Assembly (NCBI GenBank): GCA_002269645.1 | Contig: NIVC01002226.1 | Coordinates: 1-64,000 of the forward strand | DNA length: 64,000 bases | DNA from: Macrostomum lignano | Lineage: Eukaryota | Direction: 5' to 3' | In this document: piece after piece, positions 1 through 11,414 of the stretch | Position numbering within the stretch: position 1 is the first letter of the stretch | Layout: the number at the start of each line of letters is the position of its first letter | Notes under the pieces: model-generated | The model's input: the letters and a program-made list of their open reading frames with translations, nothing else | Databases searched by the model: none | Told to the model about the DNA's origin: nothing | Made by a program: the position numbers and the translations under genes

Positions 1-1030
1 AACGTGGGGTACAAGCTTGATACTTCACCAGCTCAAATTCATTTTAGATCGTTCAAAATTCCTGAACTCATGATACCAACTCAAAGCTAAGAGCATAGTA
101 AACTTTTTTATAGAGACTGGTTTTCGCTGCCTTCCACTTACAATTTATACAAATTTGTCTATAAAAAGTTAGAAAAATAATAGCAGCTTTTGCAGCCCGC
201 TGCCAATGTAATGGGGCTTTTGTCTATGGTAGCAAGGCTGGCACATCGGCATCTAATTTGGTCCGACAAGCACCAATTTGGTCTAAACTAAACCAAAGAT
301 CATATATACACAAGATGGGCCACTCATTAGCCGCTAATGTGGCCATAGAAGCTAATGTAAAAAAATTTGCATACCGCGACAGCGCGAAAATCAACTACTG
401 AGTTCAAATTCGTCAGTAGTCTCTGCAGTGCATGCACCATTCCTAATTTGATTAAGTAGCTCTTTATTTAATTCATTAAAAGTTTTATCACATTCTCAAA
501 AAATTGCGTCTATGTCCCTAAGCTACTGAACTCAAAATTTAAGCAACCCATGCATGTCATTTTTGGCACAAGTGACGAAAAACAGCGGTCGCACTTTCCC
601 TATTACCGCCATACAAAGTGGCTTATCTAGGGAATATAAGATCTATGATCCAAACGCCTGTGAGCCATTCGGCAAATTCTTGCCCCCTCTCAAGCGTCTG
701 TGGGTTGTTGCGTACCGTTGGAATGTCAGCGTCTCTACCAACAATTTTCAGTCGCTTTTCCAGAGCTCTGCTGAGGAGTCGAAATCTGATGACCAACTGG
801 AACTGTTCCTTCAACTTCTGCTGCACTTCTACAACGTCAACAAAGGATTCATTTCAACTGCATCGAGTAGCATTTGGATCAGAGGCTCTCGAACAACTTG
901 CCTTGGCGATTGACACCCGTAGAAGGCGATCTCTGCCAAATTAAATGCCACTCTGCCAGCCTTGCTGCCATAGACAAAAGCTCCGTTACATTGGCAAATA
1001 TAGGATTCAATACTTAGATTTCCCAACGAG

Positions 1031-2330
1031 ATGGTTAGCGGCCCGTCCTCTGTCGAGTCGGATAAAACACTCGAACAACATGCTCGCGATCGGACGCAGG
1101 AGGAGCTTGATAATGGACCGCTGGACACCAACTATGCTTTGCCCGAAGATATCGATGACGCCATGCTGGAGGAGCTGATGAGCACCGAGCCTGATTTAAA
1201 CAGGCTGGAGGCTGCGATTTCCGAGTTGGAACGCTCAGCAGAGAACGCCAGTAGCAGACAGCAAGCCGAATGTTATGTAAAAAAAGCTGAACACGTTCAT
1301 GGATGAACATCCCGAGGTTAGTTGCTTCGAAATCAGATATCCTGTGGTTTCAGTTAATCTTTGTATTCTACATGCTTTGAATTCAGATTTTCTATAGGTC
1401 TTTTCGTCAATTCTTGTATTGCTTTTGAACGTCGTAACTTTTTAGGCCCGTGTCGATCTGCAAACCAATTCCGCTGAGGCCATTGCATCTGCACTACGGT
1501 TGTTCTATGGAACCTTCAGGAAGCGTGACGGCAACCTTCCGGCATCGTCTACTCTGATTTGTATGCGAGCGGCATTGTACCGACATCTGATGAAGACCAG
1601 GCGAATGAATATCATTTCCGACAGAGAGTTCTCTAATGCCAATGCGACCTTGAAAGCACTGGCTCGTAGTTTCATCAGTGCAGGTGGCAGATCTAAACAT
1701 TTTGAAGACCTGGAGGAGGACGATTTGCGCAAACTGGCCGCTTACTTCAGCAGAGAATATCCGACGGCGTTGTTGCACGAAGTATATTACAACTGCATCT
1801 ATTACTTTGGAAATCCGGGACGCGAGTGGCGTCGCTGAATCAGTGAGAACAGCTTTATCTTTGAGAAGAGGCCCGACGGAGCGGAGGTTGTGCGGCTTAG
1901 GCTTGGCAAAGTTAAGAATGTAGGCAACAGCCTCAACCGAGAAGCGTGCGATGACTACAAGAACGCGGTGATGGTCTCAATCGCAGAAAAGTGCCCAGTC
2001 GAGGCACTAAAGATGTATCTACGTAAGCAAAGCGAGTCGATTTCTAGCAGCAGCTCTGGTGCTACTCCAGGCACGCCTTTCTTTTTGAAGCCAAAAGTTT
2101 CCAACTGGAAAACGTCTAATTGGTACTGTGCTAAACAGCCTGTCGGTGTCAACACCTTGGCGAGTCTCATGTCGACCATTTCACAAGCTGCTGGACTTAG
2201 TCGTCGGTTCACCGCCCACTGCGTGCGTCCAACAGTTGTGAAAGAACTCGCCGATGATAGCTTCTTAAATGCTGACATTTGCAAGATCACCGGCCAAAAA
2301 AGCACACGAACGGTAGAGCGCTATCTAATG
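1031..2330 (+). pseudogene. Decayed Crypton-type (DUF3504-like) tyrosine recombinase, N-terminal and catalytic part
   Basis: Spliced model 1031-1316 (donor GTTAGT 1317) + 1446-2330. It reads LRLFYGTFRKRDG..STLICMRAALYRHL, DREFSNAN, FGNPGRE, P.G.NTLASLM, FTAHCVR, KITGQKSTRTVERY, typical of Crypton/DUF3504 recombinases. Disablements: +1 frameshift in A7 (1279-1285), in-frame TGA at 1836, and the RRGRE-like Arg and TGHK-like His replaced. Confidence 0.8.
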
Positions 2331-3109
2331 TTTCTGCGAAATACTACGACATGGTTAACAAATGATAATACATTTAATGCACGCTTTTATCATATAAAAT
2401 CCAATTGCTTATTTTATTGACCTTTAATGGGCGCCCTGGCAGCAAGGAATCAATAGTCTATGGTACAACTACTTCTATACCGGGACCAATAAATCATTTA
2501 ATGGTAGATTGTATAGTATCGTAGCGCACGAGTGTCTATGGCCATTATTCAACGAAGTTGCATACTATACAAGTGCATTGTATCTATACTTTTAACTCAG
2601 CGCGCAGTCATTGTGTCATGCTGTACGCTCATTATTCCATGCTTAGGAGTCATTATTTTAGGCTTCTAAAAATACATTCATGAGACAATGTGTTTGTGTA
2701 TATGGTTTTGTCATAGACAATGATAAATTTTAGTCACTCAGTGGCTTCGCCACTCGTGAAAATTTTATCATTGTCTACCTCCAAAACCATATACACAATC
2801 TATCATTATTCCACACTTTTGCGGCCATTATTCCACACTTTTGTCGCGGTCATTATTCCATACTTTTTATCATGCTTCAATTGGCTGTTTTAAGAGTTGT
2901 TTTACCCATAGACGACTGAGTTGTGTGGCTTAGTTTGACCATAGACAACACTGTGAGTGCTGATTTTGCTTGCGTCTTGCAAGAAATCGAGTAGTGAGGA
3001 AGTATGAGGAAAGCGAGTAGTGGGAGAAAAAGCTATTTGTCTTGTCGAACAACTATGGCTATAGTGCATCTCGTCAAACAGCCGCGCTTATTAATTGAAA
3101 AAATCTTCC

Positions 3110-3535
3110 TGTCGACGACTGAACGAACCGTGCGGCGCTACCTAGGAAGAAAACGCGACCATGCAGTCTTCAACGCCTCGACGGCTATAAACGATGCCTG
3201 AAAGCGGCCAATCGATTCAGTCGAGCAGCCGACAGTCCCAAAGAATCCCAGCTTGGATACTGCGGTACCAAAGAAGCTCATCAGACGAAGCTCATCAGTC
3301 GCATGCCAACTTAACCAAGACGTGCATCTTTCAAATGGTAAGTTCGGCAACTATACTTGAGCACCTGTATTTCTCTTTCATAGAAAACATTCAACATAGA
3401 CCAACTCCTTTTGCAGTGCCAAATCATCAGGCTAAAGTGTCGAGCATCTTTGAAAACTGCGGCTTTGAGAACTGTTCATGTTTCACTTTGGGTGACAAAT
3501 TGATTTTTACATTGTCAAATTCGACTACAAACTGA
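3110..3535 (+). pseudogene. C-terminal fragment of a Crypton-type recombinase (second or duplicated piece)
   Basis: RTVRRYLGRKRDH.. parallels RTVERYL at ~2310. In-frame TGA at 3199. A phase-1 intron (3338-3416, GTAAGT..TTGCAG) joins to VPNHQAKVSSIFENCGFENCSCF, a low-complexity tail ending in an F.NC.F.NC motif like other Crypton proteins. Confidence 0.55.
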
Positions 3536-5139
3536 TGAACTGCACTAGCTGTGACATTTATTATTAACTCTTTTCGTGTAGCTGGTACTTTAGTTTTAAT
3601 GATTTTTCCTTTTTGTTCATTTACTTCTTGTTGTTCTGTATTTATTAACAAAAATACTGAGCGATGGATTTTTTCAATCCAAATGTCTATGGTACACATC
3701 AAAACTGTGGAATAATGGCCAAAATATTTTTTCATTGCGTCTGGGTAAAAGTATAATTACAATGGTCTTCAAACGGAGCCCATTAAATGATTTATTGGTT
3801 TCGGGAAAGACCGGGTGTACCATAGACTAATAAACAATTAATGTGTATTTGATAGAAAACGAGAAAAACAGAAAACGAATAACGCATAACTCATGCTTCT
3901 TCTCAATAGCTTCCATGCTTAAAAAAAGTCTGCACGTACTTACTTAATCAGGATTTTAATTTTAGGACCATCAATGACGATAGACTTCACACTGCGTTCA
4001 GCAGAGTACTTTTTGGTCCTCTCCTTTGGTCCTCTGCTTTTTGGTTGGCGTGAGATGGGGAGTGACCATAGACTATAGGATTTAATGCACGCTTTTCGAC
4101 ATTGCAATTGTGTAACAATCATCTTAGATTAAATTGCAATAAATGCGCGTAAACCCAAATGAACTGCAAAAAGCTATAGTACTGAAGAGCGAAAACGATC
4201 AAAATACTGTTGTGTTTTTTCAAATGCAACTGTCTTCTTTTCTTTTAAATGCATTGCGCTAAATGAGGTTTTGCCATAGACAAATTAGAAAGCTTTAGAT
4301 TAGAAGTCCTTGACATGCATGCAGCCAGTATAGGTGACGTAGAACTTTTACGTGTAGCAAATTTCCGACGGTGAGAAAGTAAGCCGGGTGCACAACAACT
4401 GCCTGCAGTGACACTTGTCAGTACCTGTCCAAGTGAAACCCCACCGAAAGAATCACCATCGACCCCCCTACCCGCAGAGAATCGCCTCCTCAACTCCCCC
4501 CCCCACCCGCAGAGAAGCGCCCTCGACTATTCATCCTACGACTCAATGTAGCTCAATGTAGTTAAGCCTTATACGACATTTGGCTTGCGATCCCGTTGCT
4601 GCAGTAAGAGTGATTGCATGTTATGGTTATTGCCACTTTTTCTAGCAATTTTCGTGCAAATAAGAAAGACAGGGCCGCTGTGTATGCATCCGTATGCTTG
4701 AGCGGTCTCAGGGTCATGTGAATGGCATGCATGGCAGCTTGGGTTTTAGCTGACTGCGGGTCTATTAGTCACTCTGATCTGCTGTAGTATCAAACCCCCC
4801 CCCGCCGGACAACTTCAAAGTCAGTAAATTTATTAGTCAACTACTCACTGATGCGGCTTGAAATAGTCGATATATAATGACTTGATTGATGACTATTGAT
4901 GTGGCTAATTAGCTAAAATATTTTGCGGAATAAAAATAAATAATTAAATAACTTTGCAGCCACTGGCTGGACCAAATCCATTGCTGACTTACCGGGGAGC
5001 CTGCTACACCTAACGGGAGAGAACACAAAGTTGGCAGCCATAGGCTATATAGGGAGCTCAGCAGCTCAGCAAATAGGCTATATAGACAGAAAGATAATAC
5101 TAGCTTCCATTTTAGCTGCATCCCAGACGAACCCCAGCG

Positions 5140-8100
5140 ATGAGCAGCGAACCCGCTGACCAGCATGAGCTGAGCTCACCTGTCAAGCAGTTCTGCAGCT
5201 ACACAAGTGCTCACGGACTGGGCAGATTCTCTGAGCAGTCCAGCTTCATCGGCAGGTCACTATGGCTCACTTTTCTGCTGGCTACCTACAGCGGGTTCGG
5301 CTACCACCTGTACACCCTGTTCGACAGGTACCAGCAGGCTCCGGTGTTAACAACAATAACGGTGTCCACTCTGCCGTACCAGTTCCCGGATGTGTACATC
5401 TGCCCGACTCACGCCGTCACCATGAGTAGAATTGTTCCGATGCTGTCGACATCGGATATTTACAATGTAGAGCTCGGCTCTAAGAGTAACACAAGCGAAA
5501 AAATCAAACTTTACGACTTTGATTTGTCTAAATCGGAAACTCTTTTTTTTAACAAGCCGACGCAAGCGTTTTTGATTGCATTGGAGCAAACTGAATCAGC
5601 CGTGATGAGCCAACTGAAACTGCTAGTAAAGTGTAAGCTGCCTTGAAAGTTCTAAATTTATGTTTGCTTCCTTCTACAACCTGCGAATTTGTGTAGTTAA
5701 GCTTCACCTCGGGTCCTTCGAGATTTACTTAGCTTTAGAGATCGACCTGACACCTCCACGACTAAGCTTAGATATCCACTTGGCACCTGCAAGACTGTAA
5801 GCATCTAAAGATCCCCATAACCCCGGTAGAAGCTACAGTACTGAGACTAAAAGTCGGTTTATACATTGAATAACTCGTACTTACAGCTGCTTTTCTACGA
5901 GACGAACTCAGCAGTGACTATAAATTCTTGAAATTAATTTTAAGCGATGTATTTCCAGCATTATAAATGCGTGAAAATAGATTTTCCCGCAAAAATGCGA
6001 GTCAAAACAATTTTTTGCAGCAAAAAATAAAAGCTCCGACTGTAGGAGAAGTCTCGACGGAAGTAACTACCTTGGAAACGCAAGCTATGCAGTTGTCTAT
6101 GGGCCATCTAGTATTACGATTGATCCTTCCGATTCAAAAACACTTGGAAACTATTCGGTTAAGCCACCTGTACAGCCCTACGTGATCTACAAGCAGTGCA
6201 TGCGATGGAATGATGCAGCACGCATGCTGCAGAGAGGGAGCTCGAATGCTGAAGTACTGGGTGGCTTGCTGATGAAACTCAACTTCTCAGAGACTGAGTC
6301 CAGGTGCCGCTTACCTCCGGGTTTGCCGCTGACAGAGTTTCTCCCAATTGCAACTCGTAAGTGACTGACTTAGCGAGTGAGTGAGTGAGTGACTGACTGA
6401 CTGACTGACTGACTGACTGACTGACTGACTGACTGACTGACTGACTGACTGACTGACTGACTGACTGACTGACTGACTGACTGACTGACTGACTGACTGA
6501 CTGACTGACTGACTGACTGACTGACTGACTGACTGACTGACTGACTGACTGACTGACTGACTGACTGACTGACTGACTGACTGACTGACTGACTGACTGA
6601 CTGACTGACTGACTGACTGACTGACTGACTGACTGACTGGCTGACTGACTGACTGACTGACTGACTGACTGACTGACTGACTGACTGACTGACTGACTGA
6701 CTGGCTGACTGACTGGCTGACTGACTGACTGACTGACTGACTGACTGACTGACTGACTGGCTGACTGACTGGCTGACTGACTGACTGACTGACTGACTGA
6801 CTGACTGACTGGCTGACTGACTGACTGACTGACTGACTGACTGACTGACTGACTGACTGACTGACTGACTGACTCTCTCACTCTTGAACTGACGCACTCC
6901 ATGCGCTCACACAGGACCCAGACGGGAAATAATTGGCTGCTTCCCAGTGACAGCGGACACGGCTTTCAACATCACGTGCTACAGCGGAGGCCTGGAGGCC
7001 TTTGAGCCGTGCGCCCAGTGCTGCGACAAGTTCAACGCTCCGTTTGCAGCGCTGCTGAACCGCGGCGACTGCCTCTGCGGCAGCTCCGAGGCCGCTGCCA
7101 CTCTGGCCGACGGGAGCTGGACCAGCTGCGACAGGCAGTGCGGCAACAGCAAAACGGAGCCATGCGGATCAGACAGGACCGCTGCTGTTATGATCATCCG
7201 GGATGTTGGTTTGTGTGCTGAATATACTCTAATTAATAAAGCTAATTAGTTTCTCCATCAGCTTTAATCCGTGACTTCTTTTAGAAGACAAACCAATGCA
7301 TATTGGAAGGTTTGGTCAATTGGAAGCTTATTCAGGCGGACCCTACTGCTTCTTCATGGACTCTGAAAGACTAAACGCTGGCTTGTGCGACGTCCCTTAC
7401 TGCGGTGAGTCAATGGTGTTGATTACAGCCAAAGCAGTCGAAGAAGCTAGTATTCATTCCGTTCACTGAGACATCAATTTAGGGCTGGTGAAAGAAACTT
7501 CGGTAGCTTAGGCGATTCTCTGCGGGTGGCCTGTTGCGAACTATCTAACAAACTAACGCAGCACATTACAGCCGCTACTAAAGAGTTCGACTGCGCCGTG
7601 AGCAAAAATGCCGGAGCGAATGTGGTGTACACTGGTCGGACGAACTGGACAGAGTCGGGCCGGGACTGTTTGCCTTGGAGTAGCGTGGAGAACGTGCAGA
7701 TGAAGATGAAACTCAATAAAGGTTTGTACGTTTCTGAACTTTCTAATCTCTGCTAGGGAAAACAATTTCTTCAATTTTTTGTACTCGGTTGGAAACTAGC
7801 AAACCAAAAATGGCACTAACGAACTAGGGAAAGAAACATTTTGAAGGCCGATTGTTCAAGTGATTTGCTGGTGCTATTTTTGGTATCCGTTTTAGTTTCA
7901 CACCTAGGGAGTGGATGGAGTAAGACTATCTAGCTACGATCTTATTAGCAAGAAAGCACACACCCACTATCTTAAAACAGCAACTTTTCATTCGTCTGAA
8001 TGGATGTTTTTAAATCAACATGCACGTGAAGTGAACCCAATGCGCCGAACTATAGTTGATAAATATTGCATTTCAGGTGTTCGCTTTGTTGAAAAACTGC

Positions 8101-10988
8101 TGCGACTAAAGATTCAAACCCCCGACCGTATTGGGAACACCAGCGACAACTTTTGTCGTCCAGTGAGCATAGTTATTGACCTAGCGGAAACTGAGAACGG
8201 CACCTTCACGTGAGTTTCACTAGCCTCATTTTTTGCAAGCAGCTGTAGAACGACTGCATCTCATTTTTAACATCACTTTCAGACGGCACCCAGTGTTAAT
8301 CTCCAATTCTCCCGTCTGCTTTGCCGATCCATCTCTGCTGCACACAATGTCGGTACCAATTTTTCAAACTCAGTTTTTTGAGATGGCATTCGAACGCTGC
8401 ACAATTCCTACTTGTTGTAAGTCGGAGCCTAAAAGTTGTTAAAACTATAAATTCTGAGCTTCACGCATTGCCTGTCGGCACAAAAATTTCAGCTGCTGAA
8501 ACCAGCGTCAGAGGCGTCTTCACTGACTCGGTCGGCAGCCACCTGCTCGCCAGGCAGTTCAGCAACGACCTCAGCATCGGCCTGGCCGACTGCACCTTCG
8601 CTGGCCAGAAATGCACCAAGGAGCACTTCGTCAATATCGACCATCCGCAGCTGGGAATGTGCCACCAGTTTCTCAAGCAGAGCTTCATCGCCAACATGTC
8701 GAGCACCCAGCTAGCAGGGAGTCAGCTGTCAATAACGTACTTCACCGACTCCACAGACTCTAAAGGGAAAACAGTCGAGGACATGCCCGAAATGACCAGT
8801 GCGTTTCATAACGGTATGAGCTTGGAGATCAGCGACCTGGCTTTCAAGGTAAGCGGTGTGTTTTTGATAGAGGAATCACAATCCGGATGTGAAAGTGCAC
8901 AATGAGATATCATTTGCGAATCAGTAAAGGCACACAAGGAAAGTTGATCGAGGTGTAGTCATTAAAAATTTTTGCACCGAATCATAAAAATGACTGAAGT
9001 CAAAGACAAAAACACACAAAACTGTACACTAAAAACTCAAAAGCGAGAGCTAAGCTAACCCTGAGGTAACAAAAAAGTTACATCCAGAAAGTCAATGCAG
9101 ACTTGACTGAACCTACCTTGGAAAGACTTAGAAAGCATGTTTCTTTTATTTTGTGCCAAAATGCGAAACATTTTAAAAAATTCAAATGAAATTGTCAAAT
9201 GTCTCAAATGATTGTAAAATAAGAAGTCTAGTGCAGAAACCCCACGTAAATCCAAAACTATTACCACAACCTTCCACTCCTAGGCGATCATTGTTCCGGA
9301 AGACTCGTTCCCCTGGTCGTCCAAGGGCATCGACGTGGCCGCCTCCCAACGCATGGACGTGCAGCTCAGGTTCGAAAGATACTCCAGACTCTCAACTGCA
9401 TCGAGGCCGTGCCTAGAGACCACCGAGCCAATTGTATATCGACTGCCGTCATGGAAGAAGTCCATGTCAAACGAAGACCTAAAGTAGGTAACTTTCTTCA
9501 GTGACATTAAATTTTCTTGAAAATTGCCTACGGCAAATTAAAGCAGAAGGTTTCAATGGCTCCTTTGAACTGAATTAAACATTCTTCAGAATGGAGGAAG
9601 CTGCAGAGTTGGTCGGCCACTCTGAGAATTGGTCTGAGATGATCAGAAGACTCCGGGCGATGCTGCTACTGCCGAACAGTTCAAGGTCAGTGCTTGAGAA
9701 ATAATTGCGTTGAGCTTTAGCTAGCATCGAAGGTACGAGCGTAGAACAGATAAAAGTGCATGATATTTCACTGGTCATAACTTAACGTTTATCCAGCGTT
9801 CTGACTGCCACTGAGCGACAGTTCAACGTCTCCGGTAGAGAGGATTGCATCAATTCGTACATTGTACAGCAGTTCATCGAAAACTGCAACTGTTTACCGT
9901 CGATTCTGCCAGTCAAGGTGGACTTATTCGACCAGTACAGCTACTGTTTCGACGCCAAGGACATCGGCAACTTGTCTATCGATCTTGAGATACGGTACAA
10001 TGAGCAGGTATCGCGGATAAACCAGTACGAGTTTGAGGCGATGAAGCGCTGTCAGTCTCCGTGTCGGACAGACGGCTACAGTGTCCGTTACGTCACTTAT
10101 CCGTGGCCTAACTTGAAGACTGCCAGATCCACTCTGCTATTGCAGAAGCTTGCAAGCAACTACGGCTACCGGACCAGCGTTAGCGGTCTTAGAGGTGTAG
10201 CCAATTTCTACCAAGCGTACTTGAAGTCACTTAGCCTCACCGGGGTGCCTTTTGCCAATCAGAGCGCCAAGGACATTCTGGGCTTCGAAAAAGAGCTCGA
10301 GTCGCTGCAGAACCGCCTGGCCAGACTGACAGTTCAGGCGTGGACCTCCGAAGGTCAGGAGATCACCGAAGAGGAGGCCTACCCTACCAAGAATCTCGTT
10401 GCAGACATAGGAGGAAATCGTTCATATTTTACGAGCATGCGTTTCGAATCAGATCACGGTGTGGTAAAAATTAAAAGCAATAAAATGCACCGAAACTTCG
10501 TCAAAAAGTTTCTGAAAATTTTCCCAAAGCTTTTGCAGCGTTGAGTTTCAGTCCAATGCGATCTCAAAGCGGAAGCAAGTCGGGAGAACTAAAACAAAAC
10601 TTGCACCTATAGAGTCCAGTACAGGCCAGTTCCTAGGGGTTGTAAAAGCTACTTCAGAGTGACCTATACACTATGATTTCACTTCGGTATCGATCGCAAA
10701 AATTTAATTCGAATTGTTTGCTACGTAGAGACGTAGACAATCGAATTCCCACTTAGAATCGTAAACGATTTTTTTCAATCTACAGGCGCCTTGGGTCTCT
10801 GGTCAGGCGTCTCGATTCTGACTGTCTGCGAGGTGGTCGAGCTGCTCATCTACATTAGCCAAAGGCTCGCAGCGAAATTGCGACAGAGGCCCAGCGCATC
10901 CGAGGGTTGCTCAGCAGCTGGTAGCAATGAACTCAAGGATTCCGAGGTACATGGCCCCAACGAGGCGGACATAATGACCGCTTTCTGA
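5140..10988 (+). CDS. DEG/ENaC (ASIC/FaNaC-like) sodium channel subunit with extracellular kringle-WSC-kringle insertion, ~1,043 aa
   Basis: Exons 5140-5632, 6021-6356, 6915-7208, 7285-7404, 7572-7721, 8077-8209, 8283-8416, 8493-8848, 9284-9483, 9590-9685, 9797-10413, 10786-10988 are phase-compatible (3,132 nt). Motifs: TSAHG pre-TM1, TM1, FPDVYIC, CTFAGQKC..HPQLGMCHQF, thumb C..CNC and CQSPC..Y..WP, TM2 ADIGGALGLWSGVSILTVCE (GxS filter). AATAAA at 11045. The last donor is non-canonical. Confidence 0.93.
6362..6874. repeat. (GACT)n microsatellite in channel intron 2
   Basis: Direct reading; it produces the SQSV antisense ORFs. Confidence 0.98.
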
Positions 10989-11414
10989 GCGGTTTTTTTT
11001 AGCTTAAACAGTTTGAATTTCCAAATGCCCTAAAACAGAGATACAATAAAAGAGCTAGAATGAGCTAGAATCTAATGATCTCTGAAGTACATGTACAATC
11101 CACAAGCCTAAGTACACACATTGTTTGAGAAATGTTAATGTGTTTGAAAACTTCAAGTCAATACTTTAATATTTAAATGAAACTGACGTGCATATTTACT
11201 GGCTTTATATATTATTAAAATAATTTTATTTACGTTAAATTTTTATACTTATATTTGTTAATTTTGTTATACATGTAGCGTTCAGTTCACTGATTTACTG
11301 CAGTAGTCACTCTGCGTCTGCACCGTAATCCGATAATTTATGCACGGATTATTTTGAAGAATAAACTGTTCAGTAGATGAAAGCGTTTTGAAGCGAAATC
11401 ACCCCCTCCCAATT

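Larger units (their letters stand above)
222..4281. mobile_element. Crypton-associated element cluster marked by CCATAGAC/GTCTATGG motifs and short inverted repeats
   Basis: Ten exact copies of the 8-mer in both orientations. A perfect 13-bp inverted repeat GTCTATGGTACAC lies at 3685 and 3815-3827, and an imperfect inverted pair at 2454-2513 and 3780-3828. Element boundaries are unresolved. Confidence 0.5.

Noticed and set aside
554-960. ORFs upstream of the Crypton recombinase (119 aa, 108 aa)
   Set aside because: No recognisable motif or splice link to the recombinase; cannot support a call.
3270-3305. Two CTGATGAG (hammerhead core-like) on the minus strand
   Set aside because: They come from a 14-bp tandem duplication; no correctly placed stem II-GAAA or cleavage triplet was found.
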